Shown here in pieces: positions 18,107 through 27,606 of a DNA stretch of 64,000 nucleotides. The first letter of the stretch is position 1. Each line of letters starts with the position of its first letter. The stretch comes from Candidatus Latescibacterota bacterium (GTDB lineage: Bacteria; Latescibacterota; UBA2968; GCA-2709665), in assembly GCA_965205485.1 (NCBI GenBank), contig OZ242180.1:1632001-1696000 (forward strand), read 5' to 3'. The notes under the pieces are model-generated. The model ran no database searches. It worked only from the letters and a program-made list of their open reading frames with translations, and was not told the DNA's origin. The translations under genes and the position numbers were made by a program.

Positions 18107-19966
18107 ATGCCGCATAACGGAGGATGCCAGGATGAATCTCGGAGACATGATCGAAAGGGCGCGAGGTTCAGCCAGCAGGCGCTGGGCGAAAAGATCGGGG
18201 TCTGGGGCACCTATATCGGGCAGATAGAAAGCGGAAAGCGCATTCCGTCCGATGAGCGATGCCGGGAACTGGCGGCCATGCTTGACCTGGACCCCAGGGC
18301 GCTATTGATTCAGGCTTACCGCCAGCGCGCCAATACGAAAGAGGCCAGGCGCCTTTTCGATGACATGGCTGGATCGACTGCCGAACCTGCCAGCCACGAG
18401 CCGGGAGAAGGCGCCGAAGGCGACCACCAACTCTACGGGGTCGTGCGGGAAGAGAACCCCCCGGTCCGGATCGGCCGCGCCGGCGAGCCGCCCTTCACCC
18501 GCGGCGTCTATCCCACCATGTATCGCGGGCGCCTCTGGACCATCCGCCAGTACGCAGGATTCTCCACCCCGGCAGAGACCAATGCCCGGTTTCGCGCTCT
18601 GCTCGATCGGGGTCAGACCGGTCTGAGCGTGGCGTTCGACCTGCCTACACAAATGGGCTACGACTCGGACGATCCGAATGCGGAAGGTGAGGTGGGCAGG
18701 GTGGGCGTAGCGGTAGACGGCCTGTGGGACCTGGAAAACCTGTTCGATGAAATCCCGCTGGACCGTATCAGCACGTCCATGACGATCAACGCGACGGCGT
18801 GCATCCTGTTCGCCCTGTACGCGGCCCTCGGAAAAAGGCGCGGTTTGCCGGCATCGGTGCTTGCCGGCACGGTCCAGAACGACATTCTCAAAGAATATGT
18901 TTCACGTGGAACCTATATCTTCCCGATCGCCGATTCGATGCGTCTCGTCGTGGACCTGATGGGCTATTGTCTTCGGGAAGCGCCAAAATGGAATCCCGTC
19001 AGCGTTAGCGGCTACCACATGAGAGAAGCCGGCGCAACCGCCGCGCAAGAGCTTGGTTTTACACTCGCCCACGCCCTGGCGTATGCCGATGCCGCCCGCG
19101 GGGCCGGCCTGGAAATGGAACGGATTCTGCCGAAATTTTCCTTCTTCTTCGGGGTCCACAACGATTTTTTGGAGGAAATCGCGAAGTTCCGGGCGGCGAG
19201 GCGCCTCTGGAGCCGGCTCGTCGAGGAACGTCTGGGCGTAGAGGACCCCCGTTGCCGGCGCCTGAGATTTCACGCCCAGACCGCCGGTTCGACGCTCACG
19301 GCCCAACAGCCATTGAACAACTGCGCGCGGACCACCCTGCAGGCGCTGGCGGCCGTCCTGGGCGGCGCGCAGTCGCTGCATGTCAACGCCTACGACGAAG
19401 CGCTCGGGCTTCCGTCTGATACCGGAGCGCAACTGGCCGTGCGCACCCAGCAGATCCTGGCAAACGAAAGCGGTATCCGCGACACCGTGGATCCGATGGG
19501 CGGATCCTATGCAGTGGAAGAGATGACCGATAACCTGGAAGAGGAAGCCATTGCCGTTATCGAGTCGGTCGACAGGGAGGGTGGGGCGACGCAGGCTGCC
19601 GCAAACGGCTTTACTGCCGCCTCCATCGCGGAATCCGCGTACGAGGCGCAGAAGAAAATCGAATCGGGCAAGACCGTGGTGGTGGGGGTGAACCGGTATC
19701 AGGACACACCGGAACCGCCGGTTTCGGTGTTCCAGCCCCCGGGGGAGACAGAGTACACACAGAAAGGCGGGCTGGAGAGGGCACGAGGCATGCGGAATTC
19801 CGACGCCGCGAACGCCGCAATGGACGTCGTCGAGCGGCGGGCGAGGGGCGAGGGTTCGATCACGGAAGCGGTCGTGGCGGCCTGTTCGGTCGGTGCTACC
19901 GTGGGCGAGATATCGGACAGGCTGCGTGCTGTTTTTGGATCCTACAGACCGGGAGGGCAATCGTGA
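18107..19966 (+). CDS. XRE-family HTH fused to methylmalonyl-CoA mutase substrate-binding (large) subunit
   Basis: FSQQALGEKIGVWGTYIGQIESGKRIPS (HTH) in frame with PFTRGVYPTMYRGRLWTIRQYAGF, GTVQNDILKE, SGYHMREAG; no DxHxxG domain; alternative out-of-frame start at 18132. Confidence 0.88.
   Translation: MPHNGGCQDESRRHDRKGARFSQQALGEKIGVWGTYIGQIESGKRIPSDERCRELAAMLDLDPRALLIQAYRQRANTKEARRLFDDMAGSTAEPASHEPGEGAEGDHQLYGVVREENPPVRIGRAGEPPFTRGVYPTMYRGRLWTIRQYAGFSTPAETNARFRALLDRGQTGLSVAFDLPTQMGYDSDDPNAEGEVGRVGVAVDGLWDLENLFDEIPLDRISTSMTINATACILFALYAALGKRRGLPASVLAGTVQNDILKEYVSRGTYIFPIADSMRLVVDLMGYCLREAPKWNPVSVSGYHMREAGATAAQELGFTLAHALAYADAARGAGLEMERILPKFSFFFGVHNDFLEEIAKFRAARRLWSRLVEERLGVEDPRCRRLRFHAQTAGSTLTAQQPLNNCARTTLQALAAVLGGAQSLHVNAYDEALGLPSDTGAQLAVRTQQILANESGIRDTVDPMGGSYAVEEMTDNLEEEAIAVIESVDREGGATQAAANGFTAASIAESAYEAQKKIESGKTVVVGVNRYQDTPEPPVSVFQPPGETEYTQKGGLERARGMRNSDAANAAMDVVERRARGEGSITEAVVAACSVGATVGEISDRLRAVFGSYRPGGQS
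18898..18913. promoter_or_regulatory. parS site (within the mutase CDS)
   Basis: TGTTTCACGTGGAACC vs consensus TGTTTCACGTGAAACA. Confidence 0.8.
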
Positions 19967-19970
19967 ACGG
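19880..19970 (+). repeat. 91-bp direct repeat, copy 1 (mutase 3' end + RBS/GTG)
   Basis: 79/91 identical to 24653-24743 by manual alignment. Confidence 0.9.
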
Positions 19971-22938
19971 TCGAGAACGCCGCAGAGCCGGAATCATGCA
20001 CTATCGACGACGCCTCAGGGGCATTGCCGCATTCGTCATGCCGGTAGCGCTTGCAGTCTGGGCTCCGGCGCCGGCCCAGAGCCAGACCGGTGTGATCAAG
20101 GGCCAGGTCCTGGACGCCTCATCCGGACGTCCCCTTTCCGATGCCCATGTCACTGTTATGGGGACCGGAATCGTCAAACTCACCAATGTAGCAGGCCACT
20201 TCACGCTTTTCAATGTCCCCGTCGGCGAGCATGTCGTGCGCGCGTCCTTTATCGGTTACGGTGAAGCCGAACAGATCGTGACCGTCGGTGCCGGGGAGAC
20301 ACACGACATCGACTTCGAGATGTTCTTAACGGCGATCGCGCTCGACGTGATCGTCGTGACCGGCGTGGGGGCCGAAACTGCCCGGCGCGCCCTCGGTACG
20401 TCGGTCGAAGTACTCACCACCGAAGAAATCGCGCAGGCGCCGGTCCAGTCCGTGGACCAGTTGCTTGTGGGCCGCGTCGCGGGCGCGACCGTAAACGCCA
20501 CCTCGGCGCAGCCGGGAACGGGCTCGCTGATCAATTTCCGGGGCATTTCCTCGGTGTTCGGCGCCCAGACCCCAGTCATATACGTGGACGGGGTGCGCGT
20601 CGACAACGAACAGGCAACCGCCGCGGGCACTGGAGGCGAGCAGTCCTCCGCGCTCGCCGACCTGCTCACCAGCGATATAGACCGTATCGAGATCACCAGG
20701 GGTGGTGCCGCCTCCACTCTGTACGGTTCCGACGCCGCAACCGGGGTGATCCAGATCTTCTCCAGGAAAGGCACTCCCGGGGCGCCGCGCATTACGGTCC
20801 GCGTAGAACAGGGCATCGAGGTGCCGGAACTCAAGTACATCTTCGACGCCGGCGCGATCTTCCCGGACCGGGTCGAGTCCGGCGAGGTCACGGCCACCTT
20901 CCTGGAAGATCAGTACTTCAAGAGCGGTCAGGCCAGGAGCTACTACCTGGGCGTCAGCGGAGGCACAGCGGACGTGACGTTCATTGTCAGCGGCCGCCTC
21001 GAGGACCGCACCGGAACCCAGCCCAAGGATGCCAGCACCAACTACAACCTGCGAGGCGGCCTGCAAGCGTCCCTCAGCGAGGATTTCACCCTGGAGTTTT
21101 CGGGAAGTTACGTCCACCACAACTTCCAACGGCTCTATAACGGTTCCTCCATCACGAATCCCATCACGACCTTCGAGGTCGGCGACGCCCTCTTCTTCTC
21201 GGGAGCCGCCACCCTCCTGGAGGCGTACAACGTCTTCCTGATGCCGGATATCGACGAATGGGTCAACCGGTTCATCTTCTCCGCCGGCGCCCGCTGGAAC
21301 ATCCGCGACGACCTGACCGCCAGGCTGACGGTGGGTAGCGACTACCGGAGCAACCAGCAGCGGATCTTCCAGCCGATCGGATTTACGCCGGGCGAACCCA
21401 CCGGACAACTCAATCGGCGGGACCGCTCCTTCACCTCAGTGTCGCTCGACGCGGGCGGGACCTACGCGTGGGAGAACTCAGGCGGGAGCCTCGGGTCCTC
21501 GCTCACCGTCGGTGTGCAAGGCTTCCGCGAGGACGTGAGCATCATCAACGGCAACGGGCTGGGGTTCGCCCTGCCAGGTTCCTTCGACTTCGACGCGGCG
21601 GCGGAGATCACCGCCTTTGAGGGCAACGTCGAGGTGTTTAACGGCGGGTTGTACGTGGACGAACAGCTCAGCTTCTGGAACAAGCTCTACCTCGGTGGCG
21701 GGTTCCGCATCGACGCCGGCTCCAGCTTCGGAGATAATATCGACACGGAACTTTATCCAAAGGCGACCGGGTCGTACATCCTTTCCGACGACTTCAGCCT
21801 GCCTTTCGTGGACGAACTCAAGCTCAGAGCCGCCTACGGGCAAACCGGCCGGTTCCCGGGCGCCTTCCTGAAGGACCGGACCTTCTCGGCCATCTCCTTC
21901 CGCGGGGAGTCGGCCCCGAGGTTTGCCAATCCGGGCAACGCGGAACTTCGCCCGGAGAAGACTTCCACGATCGAGGCCGGTATCGACGCCGCTCTCTGGG
22001 ACAACCGGATCGGGATCGACCTGACCGTATACGACGCCCGCACCACCGACGCGCTCTTCCAGGTGCCGCGCCAGCCGGTCACCGGGCAGGGCACCCAGCA
22101 GGAGAACGTGGGCCAGATCCTGAACCGTGGGATCGAATTGGGCGCCAACGTCGAGATTCTGAACACCAGGAAGGTGGCCTGGAGCCTGGGTGGAACATTC
22201 CACTACACTCACAATGAAGTCACCGACATGGGCGGCGTGGCGGACTTCGGCGCGGACGGTTCCCAGAAGCGTGTGACCGGCTGCTGGAGGATGGTCGACG
22301 GGGAGTGCCGCGGAGGTCCTGTAGGCGCCTGGTGGGTGACTACGCCCGTGGACACCAACGATGACGGCTTGCCAGACGGCTCCGAGCGCCAGTTCACCGG
22401 CGGATTCCCGGTTCCGGACAAGAGTGGAAGCTTCAACACCACGATCGCGATCGGCAACATCCTGACGATCAGCGCTCTGGCCGACTGGGCCGGCGGTCAT
22501 CAGGTGTTCGACTGGGGTTCGGTCTGGGCGACTTTCAACGGCATATACCGTCGTGAGCTCGTTCGCTGCGGGATGGAAGAAGGCGCCGCCGAGGGCTGCG
22601 AGTACGCCTTCCCGATCCGGTATGACGAGAACGGCTCCGCGCAGGGCAAGTACAGCCAGAACGCCGCGCGGAGCGCGTTCCTCTACGACGGCGACTTTTT
22701 CAAGCTAAGAGAGGTCGCGGTGCGGTACTTGCTGCCGGAGGGCGTTTCCGGCAGCATCAACGCCAGCCGGGCTTCGCTGTTCGCCAATGGCCGCAACCTG
22801 TGGATCTGGTCCCGGAACGAGATCGTCGACGGCGAACTCAACGGGCTTTCCGGCGGCGGACTGCAGCTCGGTGGCGAAACGAGTACGACCCTTTCCCCGA
22901 ACCGGCGGTTCAACCTCGGCATGGAGGTGGTCTTCTAA
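19963..22938 (+). CDS. TonB-dependent receptor, SusC/RagA-like
   Basis: Signal peptide, carboxypeptidase-regulatory-like domain, PVIYVDGV, IDRIEITRGGAASTLYGSDA, GNAELRPEK, terminal Phe; start may be ATG 19996. Confidence 0.92.
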   Translation: MNGRERRRAGIMHYRRRLRGIAAFVMPVALAVWAPAPAQSQTGVIKGQVLDASSGRPLSDAHVTVMGTGIVKLTNVAGHFTLFNVPVGEHVVRASFIGYGEAEQIVTVGAGETHDIDFEMFLTAIALDVIVVTGVGAETARRALGTSVEVLTTEEIAQAPVQSVDQLLVGRVAGATVNATSAQPGTGSLINFRGISSVFGAQTPVIYVDGVRVDNEQATAAGTGGEQSSALADLLTSDIDRIEITRGGAASTLYGSDAATGVIQIFSRKGTPGAPRITVRVEQGIEVPELKYIFDAGAIFPDRVESGEVTATFLEDQYFKSGQARSYYLGVSGGTADVTFIVSGRLEDRTGTQPKDASTNYNLRGGLQASLSEDFTLEFSGSYVHHNFQRLYNGSSITNPITTFEVGDALFFSGAATLLEAYNVFLMPDIDEWVNRFIFSAGARWNIRDDLTARLTVGSDYRSNQQRIFQPIGFTPGEPTGQLNRRDRSFTSVSLDAGGTYAWENSGGSLGSSLTVGVQGFREDVSIINGNGLGFALPGSFDFDAAAEITAFEGNVEVFNGGLYVDEQLSFWNKLYLGGGFRIDAGSSFGDNIDTELYPKATGSYILSDDFSLPFVDELKLRAAYGQTGRFPGAFLKDRTFSAISFRGESAPRFANPGNAELRPEKTSTIEAGIDAALWDNRIGIDLTVYDARTTDALFQVPRQPVTGQGTQQENVGQILNRGIELGANVEILNTRKVAWSLGGTFHYTHNEVTDMGGVADFGADGSQKRVTGCWRMVDGECRGGPVGAWWVTTPVDTNDDGLPDGSERQFTGGFPVPDKSGSFNTTIAIGNILTISALADWAGGHQVFDWGSVWATFNGIYRRELVRCGMEEGAAEGCEYAFPIRYDENGSAQGKYSQNAARSAFLYDGDFFKLREVAVRYLLPEGVSGSINASRASLFANGRNLWIWSRNEIVDGELNGLSGGGLQLGGETSTTLSPNRRFNLGMEVVF

Positions 22939-23126
22939 GAAGTTGTTTTAAAATTACCGGTGAGTTCCCGAGCGCGAGCGAAAGAGTGGCGGTCAAGGCG
23001 GGAAAATCCTCCCATATCTAATGTATCGTGGCTGCGCGCCCCTCGCCACTCTTGGGTGGATTTGACTAACGCCGACCGGCGCTTTTGCAGCCGCGCGAAG
23101 ACCGCCGGGAATTTTAAGACAGCTTC
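22939..23126 (+). mobile_element. MITE family 2, copy 1 (IS5/IS1031-like ends)
   Basis: TIR GAAGTTGTTTTAAAATT/AATTTTAAGACAGCTTC, TAA target duplication equal to the susC stop codon. Confidence 0.88.
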
Positions 23127-23158
23127 TAACGTCCGGCATGCAATGGAGAACAGACAAA

Positions 23159-24631
23159 ATGATGAACAAGGACATATCGACTCTGAGACGGGGACGGTCG
23201 GCCATGGCCGGGATGCTTCTCAGCGTGCTTGTCGCCGGTGGATGTGACGCCATCAATCCCACCAGGGTGAAGAATCCGACGACAACCTACGAGGACCTGG
23301 CGCAGGCCACGAACGCGACCCAGGCGCTCCTGCCCGGGCTGAGGGCGCAGTTCGCCCGGCTGATCAATGCCTACGTCGTCGCCGAAGTCGTGACCGACAA
23401 CTTTTCGATCCACGGCACTGGGCTAATCCAGACCCTGGACGCCCCCGACGAGATCACCCCGGACATCATGAACTCGACCGGTACCAGCGCCACCGGGGTG
23501 TACTGGAACGTGCAGGAGTTACGGGCGCTGGCCGATTTTGTAATCAATGAGATCGCGCCGAACGATGCCGGGGCACCTCCGGAACTGGTGGCGGAAGCGC
23601 GCTACTACCGGGGCATGGCCTACCTGACCATGGGTGAGGTCTTCTCCTTCGTGCCGCTCGAGGAGGACGGCGCCCCTCAACCCTCTGACGTTGCGCTTGA
23701 CCGGGCCGTGAGCGACCTGCAGGCGGCGCTGGGGTTCGGACCGCAGGCCAACGCGGCGCTTGCGCGGGCCTATCGTTTGCAGGGTGACCGGGCAGGGGCG
23801 GCTGCAGCGGCCAACGCGGTGCTTTCCGCTGACTCGGAGTTTCTTTTCGCACCTCGCTACGACGGGAGTTCGATCACCAACACGTCTGTGAACTTCCTGG
23901 TATTGAGGGCGTTGCAGGAGATGCAGCCGCTGCCCCGGCTGGATTTCCTGGACCCCAAGTACACGGATCGCGAGTCGGCAATACCCATTGCGAAAGCCGA
24001 GGAAATGCACCTGATCCTGGCCGAAGTCGCGCTGGCGTCGGGCGACCTCGCCGGGGCGAAGAGCCAGCTGGCCGGCGCCATACGCCTTGCCGGATCCCGC
24101 GGCGCCGTTTCCTTCGACGATATCGACGAGCGCCGCAACGCCGACCTGAGCCTGCGTCCGCGCGACTCCGAAATCCTGGTGCGGGCCGACTCCGATAGTC
24201 CCTACCGGGCCGGCCTGGTGCTCGACCGGCCGGGCGCCGGGCTCACGATCCCGAACATTTCCGGGACATCTCTCGACGCCGACAGTGTCACGGCGTTGTC
24301 GGACGCATCCGACCTGTGGCACGCGCTGTGGCTCGCGCGGCAGGAGATCCTCTTCCTGGAAGGAAGGAGACTCGCCGACCTGGGGATCAGGCTGCCGATG
24401 ATGCTGCGGGAGATCGACCAGAACCCCAACATCAGCGAAGGCGGACCAGGCACCGTGCCAGTCGTCCCCGGATTCGTCCCGCTGGCGCCGCGCTACGCGA
24501 TGGATATCTACGCGCCGGTCGAGCTGTACGATGGCGACGGCCCCGAAGCGCGCCTGCTCCAGACGAAGGTTACGATCGGGGTAGACATGAACCGGTTGCT
24601 CGTGCAACACAACGCTTCACCCTTCAAATAG
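23159..24631 (+). CDS. SusD/RagB-like lipoprotein
   Basis: Lipobox VAGGC, EARYYRGMAY, EEMHLILAE, LFLEGRRLADL; follows the SusC-like gene. Confidence 0.85.
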   Translation: MMNKDISTLRRGRSAMAGMLLSVLVAGGCDAINPTRVKNPTTTYEDLAQATNATQALLPGLRAQFARLINAYVVAEVVTDNFSIHGTGLIQTLDAPDEITPDIMNSTGTSATGVYWNVQELRALADFVINEIAPNDAGAPPELVAEARYYRGMAYLTMGEVFSFVPLEEDGAPQPSDVALDRAVSDLQAALGFGPQANAALARAYRLQGDRAGAAAAANAVLSADSEFLFAPRYDGSSITNTSVNFLVLRALQEMQPLPRLDFLDPKYTDRESAIPIAKAEEMHLILAEVALASGDLAGAKSQLAGAIRLAGSRGAVSFDDIDERRNADLSLRPRDSEILVRADSDSPYRAGLVLDRPGAGLTIPNISGTSLDADSVTALSDASDLWHALWLARQEILFLEGRRLADLGIRLPMMLREIDQNPNISEGGPGTVPVVPGFVPLAPRYAMDIYAPVELYDGDGPEARLLQTKVTIGVDMNRLLVQHNASPFK

Positions 24632-24652
24632 AAGGACCGGCAGTCCGTAGCC

Positions 24653-24743
24653 GCCTGTTTGGTAAACGCCACCGTGGGCGAGATATCGGACAGGCTGCGC
24701 GCTGTTTTTGGACCCTGCAGACCGGGAGGATAATCGTGGACGG
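24653..24743 (+). repeat. 91-bp direct repeat, copy 2 (orphan mutase C-terminus + mce RBS/GTG)
   Basis: Translates ACLVNATVGEISDRLRAVFGPCRPGG*. Confidence 0.9.
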
Positions 24744-25134
24744 ACGCGTGGACCACGTGGGCATCGCAGTGGAGGAGATTGACCGGACCCTGGCCGTTTA
24801 TTCCATGCTCGGGTTCGAAAGGATGGAGGAAGAGACCGTAGAGTCAGAAGGCGTCCGGGCCCTATTTCTGGGCGGCGCCGGCCCGACCCGGCTCGAACTC
24901 CTCGAACCGCTGCACGATGGGAGTTCTCTTGCGCGATTCCTTTCGGGGCGGGGGCAGGGCCTGCACCACGTCGCGATCCGGGTCAGGGATATCGAAGCGG
25001 CCGTCTCAGCTTTCGAAGAAGAGGGGCTCACGATCTCCGGCGCGATCAGGACGGGCGCACTGGGCAGAAAAGTGGCCTTCGTCCATCCCAAAAGCGCATC
25101 GGGCGTCCTGATCGAGCTCGTTCAGGCCGATTGA
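24736..25134 (+). CDS. mce: Methylmalonyl-CoA epimerase (VOC family)
   Basis: DHVGIAV, LELLEPL, GLHHVAIRV, FVHPKSASGVLIELVQ; RBS GGAGG + GTG. Confidence 0.92.
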   Translation: MDGRVDHVGIAVEEIDRTLAVYSMLGFERMEEETVESEGVRALFLGGAGPTRLELLEPLHDGSSLARFLSGRGQGLHHVAIRVRDIEAAVSAFEEEGLTISGAIRTGALGRKVAFVHPKSASGVLIELVQAD

Positions 25135-25779
25135 TCATCCGCCACGTGCCGAGATCCGAACGAGCATCGTGTTACCGTGGCGCCTTCCGGTCGCCAGGGA
25201 TTCTATGGACACCTCCGGGCCATCGGGTCCGAATTCCTCTACTTCCCTGAGCGCGCCGGGACCCTTCAGCGCAAGCAGTTCACCATCCTTCTTGAGAAAT
25301 CCTGACGAAAGCCGCCACAGGACCGGCAGGGCGCCCACCGCCCGAGCCGTTACGATATCGTACCTCCCGCGATGCTCGGCACGCCCGCAGGCGGCCTCCG
25401 CCCGTTCGGCCAAAACCGACAGCCCGTCCAGATTGAGATCTCCCGCCAGGTGGTTCAGAAAGAGTCCCTTCATGCGCGCCGACTCCAGCAGCACGACTTT
25501 CACCTCCGGGCGGGCAATTTTGACCGGCACGCCCGGAAAACCCGCTCCCGATCCCAGGTCCAGCAGCGAAATCTCTCCGCGAGGCAGAAGGGGCGTTACC
25601 CGCAGACTGTCGATGAAGTGACGCTCTCTGATTTTGTCTCTGTCCCCTCGGGAAACCAGTCGCACCCGTCCGGACCAGGTCCTCAACAGCGCCTCATATC
25701 GATCAAAGAGTACGGCCTGCTCGTCCGACAACGGGACCGACAGTGCCTCCGCAGCTGCCAGGAATTCCTGATCGGTCAC
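25135..25779 (-). CDS. rsmG: 16S rRNA m7G527 methyltransferase
   Basis: HFIDSL, DLGSGAGFPG, TARAV, LALKG; GGAGGAG + GTG. Confidence 0.95.
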   Translation of the reverse strand: MTDQEFLAAAEALSVPLSDEQAVLFDRYEALLRTWSGRVRLVSRGDRDKIRERHFIDSLRVTPLLPRGEISLLDLGSGAGFPGVPVKIARPEVKVVLLESARMKGLFLNHLAGDLNLDGLSVLAERAEAACGRAEHRGRYDIVTARAVGALPVLWRLSSGFLKKDGELLALKGPGALREVEEFGPDGPEVSIESLATGRRHGNTMLVRISARGG

Positions 25780-25817
25780 CGCTCCTCCACGCGCATCCGA
25801 AAAACCCAACGCGCCGA

Positions 25818-25833
25818 TGTTTCACGTGGAACC
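25818..25833. promoter_or_regulatory. parS site
   Basis: TGTTTCACGTGGAACC upstream of rsmG. Confidence 0.85.
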
Positions 25834-25841
25834 ATAAAAGA

Positions 25842-25913
25842 AGCCATCAGCCGTCAGCCTAAACCAAGAACCGAATCCGCGACAAGGCGGGCAGCCACAA
25901 GGGCTGCCCCTAC
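25842..25913. repeat. Heptamer repeat plus GTAG-type REP
   Basis: AGCCATCAGCCGTCAGC and GGGCAGCCACAAGGGCTGCCCCTAC. Confidence 0.65.
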
Positions 25914-26003
25914 AAATATAACGTCGGCACAGAGTAATCAGTCACCTGCGGGTCCAACAATAAATCCATACGGTAGATCGATTGGGTCGCCTGGCGCCAC
26001 GCA

Positions 26004-26192
26004 CGGTGGTGGCGTGGGGGCTTTTCCGCGCTTTTCCGTTCAGCAACATGGTTTGGCAAGACCAGCGGAGGACGCAGGCCAACGGCTTCACGTTCCTTCT
26101 ACAGAGGTGGTTCGCGGAAAAGCAGCCCCGCGGCGTCTGAGCGGCGCCCTTCTTTTTCGCCCTTTTTCTTGGGCGATTTCAAGAAAAAGGGC
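26004..26192 (+). repeat. Structured dispersed repeat family 3, copy C (most divergent)
   Basis: GGGGGCTTTTCCGCG...CAGGCCAA...CGCGGAAAAGCAGCCCC + GCCCTTTTTCTTG..CAAGAAAAAGGGC. Confidence 0.8.
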
Positions 26193-26244
26193 AAGGGAAT
26201 AGGGGACGTTTGGGGGGCGGGGGAGAGCCCGCCGCCTTCTACGT

Positions 26245-27594
26245 TCATTTGCCTATACAGAACGTACTGAATATCCGGTCCAGGATCTCGTCCGACGTAA
26301 TCTCGCCGACGATCTCGGCCAATGCGTCGGCCGCCTCCCTCAGTTCGACAGCGATCACTTCTCTTGGCATCCCCTGGTCCAGCGCCTCCGTCGCCCGTCC
26401 GAGCGCGTCCCCCGCTCGCCGCAGCGCTTCGGCATGGCGGGCGTGCGTCACGGCGTCGGGGTCGGAGACTGCCATGACGTGACCGCGGACGGATTTCCTG
26501 AGGCGGTCGAGACCATCCCCGGTTAGGGCCGATACCGCAAGATCCTGAAACGGGCGATCGCCCCGCCAATCGGCGTGGAGATCCAGGTCACTCTTGTTCT
26601 TCACGAGTACCACATTTGCAGGATCCACGTCCGATATCATCTTCTCCAGTCCCGCGGCCGCGGGGACGGAAGCATCCACGACCAGCAGCACAAGCGCGGC
26701 CCTGGCAATCGCTTCCCGTGAACGGCGGGCGCCTTCGCGCTCGATGGCGTCCCGAGGTTTCGCGATTCCGGCGGTGTCGACCAGGGTTACGCGAATGCCG
26801 TCCAGGGTGATGGACTCTTCAATCGTATCACGCGTGGTTCCGGAAATCGGGGACACGATCGCCCGGTCCTCTTCCAACAGCCGGTTGAGCAGGCTCGACT
26901 TGCCCGCGTTGGGGGGGCCCGCCAGCGCAACAAGGGCGCCGTCGCGTATCACTTTACCGTGCCGGTAGGAGTCGATCAGGCGCTCGATTTCTTCCGCCGA
27001 TCGCTTCAGCGATGGGCGTATGGCGTCCTGCTCGACCTCCGCGTCTTCGTAGAAGTCCAGCCCGGCCTCGAGCAATGTCAGCGAATCCCGCAGGGCTTCC
27101 GCCAGATCCTCGAACCTGGACCTCAATCCGCCCCGCAGCTGAAAGTATGCGGATTGAAGACCCCGGTCCGCGCCTGCGGTGATCATATCCGCGATCGCTT
27201 CCGCCTGGGTGAGGTCGATTCGGCCATTCAGAAATGCCCTCCGGGTGAATTCACCCGGTTCAGCCGGCCGGGCGCCGGCCGACACGAGGGCCTCCATTGC
27301 GCGCCGCAGGAGCAGAGGGCCTCCGTGGCAGTTGAATTCGACGGTATCTTCGCCGGTAAACGACCGAGAACCCCTCATCACGGAGACAAGGACCTCATCC
27401 AGATCCCGGTCTCCGACGACAAATCTCCCGTACGTCATGCGCCGGTCCCCAACCCGGTTCAGTTCGCGTGATCCACAAAAAAAGCCGGAGGCAATTCCTA
27501 CCGCCTCCGAACCCGAGAGCCGGACGATGCCTATCGCTGCCTCGCCATGACCGGTGGCGATTGCGACAATGGTATCGCGGTCCGACGGTCTCAT
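26245..27594 (-). CDS. mnmE: tRNA modification GTPase
   Basis: DTIVAIAT, GEFTRRAFLNGR, GPPNAGKSSL, GTTRD, FSTFCIGK. Confidence 0.98.
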   Translation of the reverse strand: MRPSDRDTIVAIATGHGEAAIGIVRLSGSEAVGIASGFFCGSRELNRVGDRRMTYGRFVVGDRDLDEVLVSVMRGSRSFTGEDTVEFNCHGGPLLLRRAMEALVSAGARPAEPGEFTRRAFLNGRIDLTQAEAIADMITAGADRGLQSAYFQLRGGLRSRFEDLAEALRDSLTLLEAGLDFYEDAEVEQDAIRPSLKRSAEEIERLIDSYRHGKVIRDGALVALAGPPNAGKSSLLNRLLEEDRAIVSPISGTTRDTIEESITLDGIRVTLVDTAGIAKPRDAIEREGARRSREAIARAALVLLVVDASVPAAAGLEKMISDVDPANVVLVKNKSDLDLHADWRGDRPFQDLAVSALTGDGLDRLRKSVRGHVMAVSDPDAVTHARHAEALRRAGDALGRATEALDQGMPREVIAVELREAADALAEIVGEITSDEILDRIFSTFCIGK

Positions 27595-27606
27595 CCGAAC
27601 ATATCC

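Noticed and set aside
24316..24735. Long N-terminal extension of mce
   Set aside because: Overlaps the susD-like gene in another frame; RBS+GTG at 24736
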